A stretch of DNA of 18,270 bases from Ignisphaera sp. (GCA_038889075.1 JAWAHS010000013.1:21261-39530), one strand, 5' to 3'. Counted from the stretch's first letter, positions 1 to 8,933 are shown. The notes: a model not told the origin generated them from the sequence alone. Program-made: numbers and translations.

Positions 1-1302
1 CACTATAAACTCGAGTACAGCACCATCCCTAGAGGCTATGGATGGCACAGCATTTATAGCTGCCTTCATATAGCTTGTCCCACAGGACTCCAGCCCTGAG
101 AAGGGGGTAAAGAGAAGCAGATCTGATGAGGATAGCAGAAGCCTCGCCTTCACAACATCATAATCGTGTATGTAGACCACGTTCTTCATCTCGTTATGGA
201 GCTTCTTGAAGAGCTTCATATACTCCAAACCTATATGGTCGTTTGGATGTGCCTTACCCCCGAGGATGAACAGTATCGGCATATCCTTCAACTCCTTGGC
301 AAGCCTTATAGCCATCCATGGCCTCTTGTACTCCGTTACCCTTCTAGCCCATAGTACTGTGAACATGCCATCTAGTGATATATCCTTGTACCTTTGGAGG
401 AACTTTTCAAGTTCACGTCTATTCCTCTCCTTAAGCTCTACGAGTCTATCTATTGTTAATCTTAGGGATTCGTAGGTCTCCCTAATATTCTCCTTCATCC
501 ACCGTTCAACATTTACACCATTCGTTATATAGCTTATCTTACTACTAAAGTGTGGAAATATTTTAAGAAGAACGTCATAGTGTTTTGCAGAGACTGCAAA
601 TGCGTGTTCAGAGGCTGCTAACCCTATTTCTGTAAGGAATACCTCTGGCTCTATAAACCTATAGTCATACTCTCTAGCAAGTAGCTCCCTTGGAAAAGAT
701 GGGTGTCCCCAGATCCCAGCTGTGTGGATGACAAGCCTATACTTACCCGGTATCTTTAGCTTTAGTGGTAGTAGTGCTGTATATGCCTCCTGTAGATCTA
801 TATAGGCGATATCTTCAAGCCCTATAGACCTCCTTATATATTCCGCTACAGCCTTAGCGAGAACTGTATACTTATAGAACTTCTCCTCAACACCATTCTC
901 GATATATATCCTTTCACATATCCTCGAAACCCACTCAGGTGAAACAACGTTGAAGAATACAGCTTTTGCAGAACCGCTTCTATAAACAAGAGGTTCAACC
1001 TCAACATCAACTCCCTTCAACTCTATCTTAAATCTATCCTCGCTAACAAGATTCTTTACAAACTCTTCAGGCTGCTGCTGAGGTCTCGGTCTTGGAACAC
1101 CATCGGAATCGAAGTCGTAATCCACATAGCCACTTCTATAGAAGAGTGTCATTACAGCATATCTCAGTCCTACTCTAGATGCAGCATAGAACTTATCTCC
1201 TTCGAGAACACCTAGACCTCCAGCATAGGTATACCCAATATCCAGTGCGAGATCAGGTGTTACACTAATGGCGTATCTATCGTTCGACACAGTTAACACC
1301 AT
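1..1302 (-). CDS. glgP: Alpha-glucan (glycogen/maltodextrin) phosphorylase, GT35, compact archaeal type; 3' end lies outside the window
   Basis: Not in the ORF track because it has no stop in the window. Manual translation from ATG 1302 (alternative GTG 1290) reads MVLTVSNDRYAISVTPDLALDIGYTYAGGLGVLEGD...ITNGVNVERW...WARRVTEYKRP...GGKAHP...FTPFSGLESCGTSYMKAAIN. It has the YxGGLG, TNGV, ARRxxxYKR, GKAHP and ExxGTSxMK (PLP lysine, nt 64-66) motifs of GT35 phosphorylases. Confidence 0.93.
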   Translation of the reverse strand, partial: MVLTVSNDRYAISVTPDLALDIGYTYAGGLGVLEGDKFYAASRVGLRYAVMTLFYRSGYVDYDFDSDGVPRPRPQQQPEEFVKNLVSEDRFKIELKGVDVEVEPLVYRSGSAKAVFFNVVSPEWVSRICERIYIENGVEEKFYKYTVLAKAVAEYIRRSIGLEDIAYIDLQEAYTALLPLKLKIPGKYRLVIHTAGIWGHPSFPRELLAREYDYRFIEPEVFLTEIGLAASEHAFAVSAKHYDVLLKIFPHFSSKISYITNGVNVERWMKENIRETYESLRLTIDRLVELKERNRRELEKFLQRYKDISLDGMFTVLWARRVTEYKRPWMAIRLAKELKDMPILFILGGKAHPNDHIGLEYMKLFKKLHNEMKNVVYIHDYDVVKARLLLSSSDLLLFTPFSGLESCGTSYMKAAINAVPSIASRDGAVLEFIV

Positions 1303-1779
1303 ACAGCTCAGCTCTATAGGTAGTATAAATAAAGTATATATGTTTTTACCAGTTTAAATACTGCAGTGCGTAAATGTGTTTTTGTAATACATTTTAGAAA
1401 TTGTATGGTCGTCTCGGTTTAGAGTTGACTCTATATAGGTTTTTCAGCTTGTATCTATTGTTGAAAGTCCTGTTCTTCAGACTTGGAGGAGAATACGACC
1501 TTTTCCCTAATACTATAGAGAATGTTTTCGAAATCCTCTAGAGCTGTGTTTAGCGATTTCTATTGCCTATGGATACAGCCTGTAGAGCTATTTTAATAAC
1601 ATCCAGTGCTTCATGTAGTTGTTTCGGTTTTCATATCTGTTTGTATCAGCTGATATTGATCGAAACTGAAGAAATTGAAGATTCCCCAATAGTGTTAGAG
1701 ACACCAGTTGAGTAAAGTTAGGCACACAGTGTTCTTTAAGCTCGTCAGCTATCTGGAGCCCAAATTTTTCACAGCCATG

Positions 1780-2356
1780 CTAATAGCTATAGATCTTAAC
1801 ACCTCTGCTTTCAGCATACGCTCTAATATCATCACCAATAAGAGCACCGGCAAGTATCGCTACAGCTGGTTCTCCAAACCTCTTCTCAACAACTTCAGCC
1901 TTGACCATAAGGCTTCCCACATCTTCTATCGATGGCCTAACCTTTACCTCAACGATATATATGCTCTTATCCGTTTCCACAAGAAGATCAACCCCAATAT
2001 TATTGACAACAGCGTTCCTCCTCCTAGCCAGTATAGCCTCTCCTCGACCTTCATCTCTTCCCTAAGATCCTCCCAGATATACCTAGAATAGGTAGACTCT
2101 GTTAAAACCTCCAACCCAAGCTCAATTCTAGAAAAACTCTTACTAGCTTCTTTCCACCTCCTGTTATTTTCTTCCCAACGCTTCTCCTCGAACTCTATAA
2201 ACCTATTGAAATCATCTCTAAGTTTTTTAACTCCTCCTCATGGGTATCAAGCCTCCTTAAAACCTCGCCCAAGCCGATCAAACCGGCTACAGCATAATGA
2301 AACTCCTCATTTTTAAGCCTCTTCAAAATCTCATGCTTAAGATCTGTGTACGACAT
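1780..2356 (-). pseudogene. Frameshifted crenarchaeal coiled-coil + PD-(D/E)xK-fold protein (DUF3782/DUF1626-like)
   Basis: ATG 2356 gives MSYTDLKHEILKRLKNEEFHYAVAGLIGLGEVLRRLDTHEEELK. A shift at the A6 run (~2223-2228) continues LRDDFNRFIEFEEKRWEENNRRWKE...LTESTYSRYIWEDLREEMKV. A second shift near 2047 continues RGEAILARRRNAVVNNIGVDLLVETDKSIYIVEVKVRP...GVKIYSY*, which is the 1780..1980 ORF. A D...EVK nuclease-like motif is present. Confidence 0.8.
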
Positions 2357-2789
2357 TACTTCAGATTCCATCTAAAACATACCACCTTTTTATAAAGTTT
2401 AAAACCTTAAATTAACACCACATCAATGAATATAACCAACCCATCGTCATCAATCTGCATGGAAACATTTATACCTCATAGACATCAACACCACATTGTA
2501 TGTCACTAGAGATAGCAGCGAAGACTACGTCAAAGTCAAAGAGATGTATTTAGTATAAGAGCTTCTAAATGTAGTATCCTCTTAACCATATAATTATGTA
2601 TTGAGATCTTGGGTTACTATGTAGATGGGAGCTGTACGCTGATCAATTCTATATCCATTTATAAATTTATAGTTGGTGTCCTGTTAGCTGTAGGTTATGT
2701 AGAAATCCCTAGATGTAGTGAAGGAGATGCTGATATGCAAAAAATGGTGTAGAGATGGATGGTGTAAACGGAGAGATTTCAGTCTCCTA

Positions 2790-3146
2790 TCACATTCTAC
2801 TAACCTTTGTACTGTTTTTGCTGTCTCTTTCCATCGACGCCTTTAGCAATTCAATACCATACTCTATAATTCTGTTTTCATCCTTTTCAGCTTCTACCAG
2901 CTGATGTTGGGCATAGCCCTGTTTTCTCTCTACAACATGCTTCTGTTGAAATTCAACAGCTCTTTTGGTTGGATGTGTAACAATATCTATATAGGCTCTA
3001 GCTATGGCTGCAACTGTTGCCTCATGTACTACAACTACCTGATCTCTAAACTCTATCGCTAGCCTAATGTGATAGTGGTCAGGTGGTATGAAGGCTACTA
3101 TTCTCAGCACATCTTCATTTCTATACATTCTAACCTCCTTATCCAT
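2790..3146 (-). CDS. Hypothetical protein, 118 aa (start may be the second Met, after a GGAGGT RBS)
   Basis: Clean ORF with natural composition. The HEATVAAIARAYIDIVTHP segment resembles archaeal conserved hypotheticals as I recall them. No function assigned. Confidence 0.78.
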   Translation of the reverse strand: MDKEVRMYRNEDVLRIVAFIPPDHYHIRLAIEFRDQVVVVHEATVAAIARAYIDIVTHPTKRAVEFQQKHVVERKQGYAQHQLVEAEKDENRIIEYGIELLKASMERDSKNSTKVSRM

Positions 3147-3343
3147 CGTCCATCGAAATCCCTATACCTTCTACAGAATAAAAGTATAGCTCGCCTAACA
3201 GTTTTAGAAAATCTATAGAAACCTGGAAAAACAGTGCTCGATTTCAAATCTTTGTATTAAATAGATAGAGTATTGAAAATGGCTAGCCATAGCCGTCAGA
3301 ATCCTATGTTGCAATCTAGATGCTGCTGGTTGAAGGCATGATA

Positions 3344-3377
3344 TTTATAAGCAGGGTTGTATTAGTGAAAGTGGTGG
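3344..3377 (+). promoter_or_regulatory. TATA box (TTTATAA 3344-3350) and RBS (GGTGG 3373-3377) for the 3384 gene
   Basis: Canonical archaeal spacing upstream of ATG 3384. Confidence 0.55.
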
Positions 3378-3383
3378 ATTGCG

Positions 3384-3767
3384 ATGTGCTTCATATCCGT
3401 ATTACTGCTTAGAAAGATGGTTGATCTAGATACGATTGTAGGTATTCTAAAGAGCCTTAGCTATACCGTTGAGATTAGGGAGTCTGGTGGTAGGAGTATT
3501 ATCGAGGCTAGAAGGGGTAGAGCCAGAATGTGGAGTACGCTCGATAGAGATATTCTTAAGATTGAAACGGAGGACTATGGTTTGGACTGTCTACGGGATC
3601 TAGATGAGATATACAGGGCTTTGTATGAGGAGGATCTGAAACCAGAGGTTGTAGAGGTTATCAGCCCGTACATCTATGTATATGAAAAGAGGAGAAGAAG
3701 TGCTAAGAAGCTATTTGAGAAAGTTGGAATAGAGGTTGAGGAGCTCTACGGCGGATACTGTGGCTAA
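3384..3767 (+). CDS. Hypothetical protein, 127 aa, ending GGYCG
   Basis: Clean ORF with TATA box and RBS, and Glu/Arg/Ile-rich thermophile composition. Confidence 0.78.
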   Translation: MCFISVLLLRKMVDLDTIVGILKSLSYTVEIRESGGRSIIEARRGRARMWSTLDRDILKIETEDYGLDCLRDLDEIYRALYEEDLKPEVVEVISPYIYVYEKRRRSAKKLFEKVGIEVEELYGGYCG

Positions 3768-4148
3768 TCACTGTATACACCTACCGAATGCTCAATTCTG
3801 TAACATAGTATAGTATTTAATTAGCCGTGTAGCATTATAGAGCTGCAGCATATAGTCTATCCATACTCTATCTAAAAGCACGTAGCCTACATAGTATGTA
3901 TCTCTGAAATGCTATTCCTCAATAGAGTAGCTTTGCTACCATCTATGCACATCTTTCAGCTAAATAGTGCAGAACATTGTAATGCATATCATCTTTCATA
4001 ATCTGCAAAATTTGTGTTCTTTCATAGATAGCTATGGCTGTCCAAAGATTTGGTACACCTTGGATTCGCCGTAGATACTCTATTTAGATTTCCATAAATA
4101 TTTATTAGAGTTCTGTATGCAGTATATCACGGATCCGACCACTTCTAT

Positions 4149-4820
4149 ATGGTGTGTATTTTGAATCTAAAGTTGAATAAGATAGTAGCAATTGTTGTGA
4201 AAGCTATAGATAACCAGGTTGGCAATTGTTTGCGATACAATCTACATTGTCTAGATCCACCATGTATAACCTCTGGACAGCTTGATAGCTATGGATTGAA
4301 GAACTACTCAGCTAAGGCAAGCTTTTGGAGAGCCGTAGACTCCGTAGCCTCTAGATATAATGGCGTCGTAATTTTTAGGGGGAGGTTTGGTGTATTTAAG
4401 CTCCTCCTCATCCATAACATTGAGGAGGTGTATAGAATAGAAAATACTACGGTATACGTTGATCCACTCGATTGCGAATACCTCAACTGTACCGCTATAC
4501 CAAAAACACATAGCCTTAGAATATATATAGAGGGTTCCTATAGCAATAGAGTTATCTTTAGAATGAATATAGTTACGCTACTTAAACTTGCTATAACTGA
4601 GAATCCATACTTTAAGGACTGTCTAGAGAGGTTTGCTGAAAAGCCATTTAGTGAGGAGAATATTCTCCATATTGCCAGCTGTAGCCTAGGTGTACTTTCA
4701 AAACACCGTAGCATATACGATATTCTATTCAACAGATATCCAAGAAACATTGCTGAAGCGCTGAGGCACATACCCATTCTCAGAAGCATTGTAAAAACCT
4801 CTGAAGAGAAAACAATCTAA
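4149..4820 (+). CDS. Hypothetical Cys-containing protein, ~223 aa (start uncertain)
   Basis: Long ORF with typical codon usage. The overlapping minus-strand ORFs are shadows. No recognised family. Confidence 0.75.
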   Translation: MVCILNLKLNKIVAIVVKAIDNQVGNCLRYNLHCLDPPCITSGQLDSYGLKNYSAKASFWRAVDSVASRYNGVVIFRGRFGVFKLLLIHNIEEVYRIENTTVYVDPLDCEYLNCTAIPKTHSLRIYIEGSYSNRVIFRMNIVTLLKLAITENPYFKDCLERFAEKPFSEENILHIASCSLGVLSKHRSIYDILFNRYPRNIAEALRHIPILRSIVKTSEEKTI

Positions 4821-4854
4821 ACAATACTATGATAAGAATTGCACTGACTGTCTA

Positions 4855-5134
4855 TAGGTTGTTTTGTTTTTGGTTTTTCTGGTTATTTGGGTTACCTCTA
4901 TGGATTCCGGGGATCGACCTAGAAGTATATAAATGATCAGGTGTTTGGATAGTTAGGAGCCGTTGAGCTGGTGAGTTGTTGGCGAGGGACGAGGCTCTGT
5001 GAACTGCTCTTCGCCGATGGTTCTGGGGAGCACAGCGACTCCCTGGAGCCGTAGGCGGGGAGAAAGGGGATAAACAGGTGGGATGAACCGTGTCCAGAAA
5101 TATCAAAACAGCCAAAAACAACTAAAACAACCTA
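4855..5134. mobile_element. Candidate MITE-like non-autonomous element with terminal inverted repeats
   Basis: Perfect 11-bp IR TAGGTTGTTTT (4855-4865) / AAAACAACCTA (5124-5134), extended imperfectly inward (GTTTTTGG and TTTCTGG versus CCAAAAAC and CCAGAAA). It can also be read as a 9-bp IR with a TA duplication. It sits between convergent genes and carries no transposase. Confidence 0.5.
4956..5095 (+). ncRNA. Candidate structured non-coding RNA inside the IR element
   Basis: GC-rich island ~25-30 nt downstream of AGAAG-TATATAAA (4921-4933). Stems 4981-4988/5008-5015 (extendable to 4973-4988/5008-5023) and 5017-5030/5039-5052 pair fully only with G.U wobbles, which favours the + strand. Confidence 0.5.
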
Positions 5135-5241
5135 GTTAATTGGCACGGGCAACCACTACTATTAGCAGACCATATATGTAGCTATACACCTCAGTAAATC
5201 TAGGGAGATTTCTTCCAGAAAAGAACATCTGGAGAAGTCGA

Positions 5242-6873
5242 CTATCTGCTGCTGTGCTTGAAGTAGTAGAGTAGAGTATTAACAGCTTTCATCAATTTTA
5301 ATACAGCTGTGGCTAGAGGTTTTACAATACTGTTTACTACAGGTATTCCTGTAAATACATCGATGAAGAATTCTATATCCTGTTCTCTAATTGCTTTAAA
5401 TACCGTTGAGAGAATAATGTATGCAGATATGTACATGGCTCCTCCAATTACTATTCTTAGTAGTGTTATCGGTTTCGGTAGTGGTATAGATAGTGGTAAA
5501 AGTGCTGCCGGTAGTGCTGCTAGCGAAGCTATGTAGATTGGTATAGTCCTCCAAATGTTGATGTAGCTTCCGAGGCTTTTAATAAGTGCTATGTTGTAGA
5601 GGATAGTTGATGCTATAGCTACCACTATATTTGATGTAAGGAAGCCCCATAGTCTGTAACCCATCGCTACGGTCAGTATATACGATGTTGGTATGAGGAT
5701 TGCTGTAGAGGTTAGCATTATATACATGTTGAGCTTTGTCTTACCAAGGGCATTGAATAGCTGGGGGATTGTTGCAGAGCCTAGTCCAGCTAGGAGGAAG
5801 GGTGCAAAGATTAGGGGGAGATATGCTGAGGCAAACCTGTATTCAGCTCCATAGAGTACATAGATAATCTCCTGTGAGTAGACTGTGGAGAGCAGTGTTA
5901 GAGGTACTACTACAGCTGCAACATACCTATTACTTCTAGCTAGAGCTGTAGATAGCTTTTCACCACCCCTACTAGAACTCATGTTTGTAAACATTGGTAG
6001 AAGGGATACTGTAATTGGATTCAATATAACGAGGACGAGAGTCTGAAGATTTAAAAGAGCTCTATATCCACCTATCTCAGCATTTGACAACGTGTATGCT
6101 AGTAGAATATTCTGGTACAGTGCTGTGATAGAATTGACTAGAGATGCTGTATAGAGTGGCAAGCTGTAGAGCACGAGCTCTCTAGCTATATAGAATCCTC
6201 CAATAGCTACACCACTGCTACCAGTATAGGTTACACGTTTCGTGATTGAGGCTAGGAATAGTAGGCCTATCGATACAGAGAGTGTGAGCCCAGCTAGGTA
6301 GCCAGCTATGGCTCCCGGTACCTGCAATCCTACGGCAAGTAGCGCTATGGCTATAGCTGTTCTAGAGATGCTGTAGGCAACTTTTATAGCAGAGCTTCTC
6401 CAAACCTCCTCAAATCCTATGAATATGGATAGAATGGAGGTGTAGAGGCTCTCAAGGATAATGGTAATCGATGCAAACATTACATAGCGATCCAGCTCAG
6501 GTCTTCCTATCAATAGTGTTGCTAAAGGTCTAGCGTAGAAGAAGCATATAGATGATCCGATAACCCCTATCAAACCCTTTAGGATAAGCGATGTTCTAAC
6601 AGCCCCTATAGCCATACCAAATTTTCTCTCAACTAGATAGAGTTTAGTGAATCTAGTAGTAGCCGTGTCTAGACCTAGATTTATGAAGGAGTAGAGGGTT
6701 AGAGGAACCACGAAGGTCAAGCTGTATATGCCATAGCCTTCGGATCCGAGAAGCCTGGCAATGGCTATAGCCCCTACAGCGAGAACAGCATTATAGATGA
6801 AATCTCCTACAGATAGTATAAAGGCATTTCTAGCAGCGCTGCTCAGCACCTCCATATCGTCACTATCCACCAC
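5242..6873 (-). CDS. Oligosaccharide/polysaccharide flippase (Wzx/RfbX-like, MOP superfamily)
   Basis: 543 aa with roughly 12-14 hydrophobic segments. It has the N-terminal 'IARLLGSEGYGIYSL...NLGLDTATTRF' pattern and the second-half 'LSNAEIGGY...PITVSLLPMFT' pattern typical of polysaccharide-biosynthesis flippases. Confidence 0.88.
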   Translation of the reverse strand: MVDSDDMEVLSSAARNAFILSVGDFIYNAVLAVGAIAIARLLGSEGYGIYSLTFVVPLTLYSFINLGLDTATTRFTKLYLVERKFGMAIGAVRTSLILKGLIGVIGSSICFFYARPLATLLIGRPELDRYVMFASITIILESLYTSILSIFIGFEEVWRSSAIKVAYSISRTAIAIALLAVGLQVPGAIAGYLAGLTLSVSIGLLFLASITKRVTYTGSSGVAIGGFYIARELVLYSLPLYTASLVNSITALYQNILLAYTLSNAEIGGYRALLNLQTLVLVILNPITVSLLPMFTNMSSSRGGEKLSTALARSNRYVAAVVVPLTLLSTVYSQEIIYVLYGAEYRFASAYLPLIFAPFLLAGLGSATIPQLFNALGKTKLNMYIMLTSTAILIPTSYILTVAMGYRLWGFLTSNIVVAIASTILYNIALIKSLGSYINIWRTIPIYIASLAALPAALLPLSIPLPKPITLLRIVIGGAMYISAYIILSTVFKAIREQDIEFFIDVFTGIPVVNSIVKPLATAVLKLMKAVNTLLYYFKHSSR

Positions 6874-7175
6874 ACTGCTACACCGTGTACCTCAAATACG
6901 CTATTAGCCATAGATATACAGCATTCTTTAAAAATTATAGAGTTTAAAAGCTGTATAGCAAAGCACGGATACAGTATTTTCCTACCATATAGTATGCCCT
7001 AATCCACACAATTTCTAGTAGCATAGAAAATACTATGTGCTGTAGAGCAATAATAGCTTCCGTTGGTATCCCACTTCAACCTAAATGTTATTAAGCCCAC
7101 TAGAAGCACTAGATTAGCGAGTAGAGCTATAGAAAGGTGTTGTAAAAGCTGGTTCAACAGTCTTGGTGGTAGAGG

Positions 7176-7700
7176 ATGGCTTCTAGATACGCAACCTTTA
7201 CAGAGATAGTAATCCTATCATCTACAGCAGCTATGCTATATGCTCTACTAGTTGCTATAGTATCGCTACTCCTTAGCTTTCCTGGTTTTGGACCTGTAAT
7301 CCTACCACAGCCATTTCTACAGCTCTACGTTGGTAGGTGGACTATATCCTATCGATTCGATGGTCTTTGGACAATAGTATGGATTATCTATCTACTGGCT
7401 ATCCACATACTACTATACTATCTAACAGCCTCATTATTTAAGCTACGTATACCTTTCATTGTCATTTCAATTCTGCTCTACCTATTGAATCTGATCATGG
7501 TACTCTATGGATATTCAGATGTGGAGCTAAGGCTATATGTAGAGAGGTATACCATTGGCTATCTAGGGCTGCTACCTGGGATAGGAGCTACAATACTTAT
7601 AGAATACCTCGGCTATAGAATAGGAAAAACACTTCTTCCAAAGATTTCCTCCAAATCTAACCTACATTCAACACGTCTGCAAAAATCCTTTGCATTGTAA
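7176..7700 (+). CDS. Hypothetical integral membrane protein, 174 aa, about 4 TM helices
   Basis: Four hydrophobic stretches. GGTGG/GAGG lies upstream of the ATG. Divergent from the flippase. Confidence 0.75.
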   Translation: MASRYATFTEIVILSSTAAMLYALLVAIVSLLLSFPGFGPVILPQPFLQLYVGRWTISYRFDGLWTIVWIIYLLAIHILLYYLTASLFKLRIPFIVISILLYLLNLIMVLYGYSDVELRLYVERYTIGYLGLLPGIGATILIEYLGYRIGKTLLPKISSKSNLHSTRLQKSFAL

Positions 7701-7746
7701 GCTATTCAAGCTTCCCTTAAATCTAGGGATAGCTATGGTGCTTAAA

Positions 7747-7970
7747 ATGATGGCTTTTTTACTGATAGATTTATCCTAACACCAGATCCTACTGAGATAC
7801 TCCAGTAGAATTAGAAGAGCATTACTAAGAGAGACTACGAATCCGATCTAGATCCCAGATTTCTAGAGGTTTATAACCATGTTAGAAATATGCTAAAGGA
7901 ATTTATAGGTGCTAAACCATCATCGCTGTACATCATATCTGGGAAGCTATTACTGGGTTGAGAGGGGTTG
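7747..7970 (+). pseudogene. 5' remnant of a class-V PLP aminotransferase (serine-pyruvate/alanine-glyoxylate type)
   Basis: After GGTG (7737-7740) and ATG 7747/7750, joining frames gives TDRFILTPDPTEI / SRIRRALLRETTNP / DLDPRFLEVYNHVRNMLKEFIGAKPSSLYIISG / EAI. This matches the 'LTPGPT...R.AL......D..F......R..L' N-terminus of class-V aminotransferases. At least 3 frameshifts; the rest of the gene is missing. Confidence 0.65.
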
Positions 7971-8807
7971 CATCCTATTTGATAAAGCTGGTTTTGCAAC
8001 AGCCTTAACATCATCTGGAATAATATGGTCTCTACCCTCTATGTACGCCCATGCTTTTGAAAGCCCTACTATCGCTATACCTGCCATTGGAGAACCACCC
8101 AGCCTTACAGCTGGATGGACTCTGGATTCCTCAACAATACTAGCGATATAGTCTAGTACAGAATCGTCTACCTTAACATTCTCAACCCTTTCCATCCCAT
8201 CTACAAGCTGCTGTCCGCCGATAACAGGCTTGAGACCTTCAATAGCTTTCTCAATCTCTCTAATACTCTTCGACATCTTTACAAAACCTTTATGGGATAC
8301 GTATCCTGTGGACAGCTTTATGAGAAATCTATCCACCTGGGCTTCTCGGGAAGCGAAAATGCACCCTCTATCTCGATAGGATTCTGGGTAGCTAGAACCA
8401 TAAAGGGTTCCTCAAGTCTATAGGTAACACCTTCTATAGTTACCTGCCTCTCTTGCACAGCTTCTAAAAGTGCTGACTGTGTCCTCGGTGAAGCTCTGTT
8501 AATTTCATCAGCGAGAAGGATATTTATGAATATAGGTCCCCTCCTATGTCTAAACTCACCACTCTTCTGGTCATATACATAGAATCCTACGATATCCGAT
8601 GGCAGAGGATCGGGCGTCATCTGAATTCTCTTAAAATCAAGGTCGAGAAGCTTGGCAATGGATTTAGCTGTATATGTCTTTGCAACCCCTGGAACACCCT
8701 CAATAAGAGCATGACCGCATGCAAGAATCATCTTAATTTTGAATTCCTTTTCAATAAGAATTTTCACCATCGATTAGAATTCTGAGAACATCCTTAACAA
8801 ATAACAT
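7950..8807 (-). pseudogene. MoxR-family AAA+ ATPase, frameshifted and 3'-truncated
   Basis: Has Walker [21 protein letters not shown], Walker [17 protein letters not shown] and ATQNPIE. An extra GA at ~8344-8347 splits PEAQVDRFL across the two ORFs 8318..8770 and 7950..8336. The probable original ATG at 8807 is out of frame. Homology ends after ALSNRM. Confidence 0.88.
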
Positions 8808-8933
8808 AGATACTTCACGCTTCTAGATGTAATAGACTGGATGAAGAGCGGTATATAAGTATTTCGTAATGGAATCCGGTTAGCGTTTCCATTGAAGGAG
8901 GAGATGCTATATCTATTAAAATAGGTAAAGTAT

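Noticed and set aside
166-475. Plus-strand ORFs 166..354 and 206..475
   Set aside because: Antisense shadows of the phosphorylase gene.
1440-1720. Possible decayed gene on the - strand (…LHEALDVIKIALQ… / …ALEDFENILYSIREKV…)
   Set aside because: Looks protein-like but is short and broken, with no recognisable family. It needs BLASTX.
1708-2091. 127-aa plus-strand ORF
   Set aside because: Antisense to the PD-(D/E)xK pseudogene, with Ser-rich shadow composition.
4304-4789. Three minus-strand ORFs
   Set aside because: Shadows of the 4149..4820 gene.
4956-5095. tRNA, SRP RNA or RNase P RNA identity for the GC-rich block
   Set aside because: No TTCRA T-loop or cloverleaf, no SRP helix-8 motif and no RNase P conserved regions seen on either strand.
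4852-5121. 89-aa minus-strand ORF
   Set aside because: Coincides with the IR/structured element, and its low-complexity N/Q/K tail comes from the repeat arm.
5214-5233. TCCAGA/TCTGGA hairpin after the flippase stop as a terminator
   Set aside because: Only a 6-bp stem, and archaeal termination does not generally need hairpins.
7950-8770. Two separate genes, or programmed frameshifting, for MoxR
   Set aside because: The break falls in the conserved PEAQxDRF motif. Additional lesions (5' frameshift, altered motifs, lost C-terminus) indicate decay.
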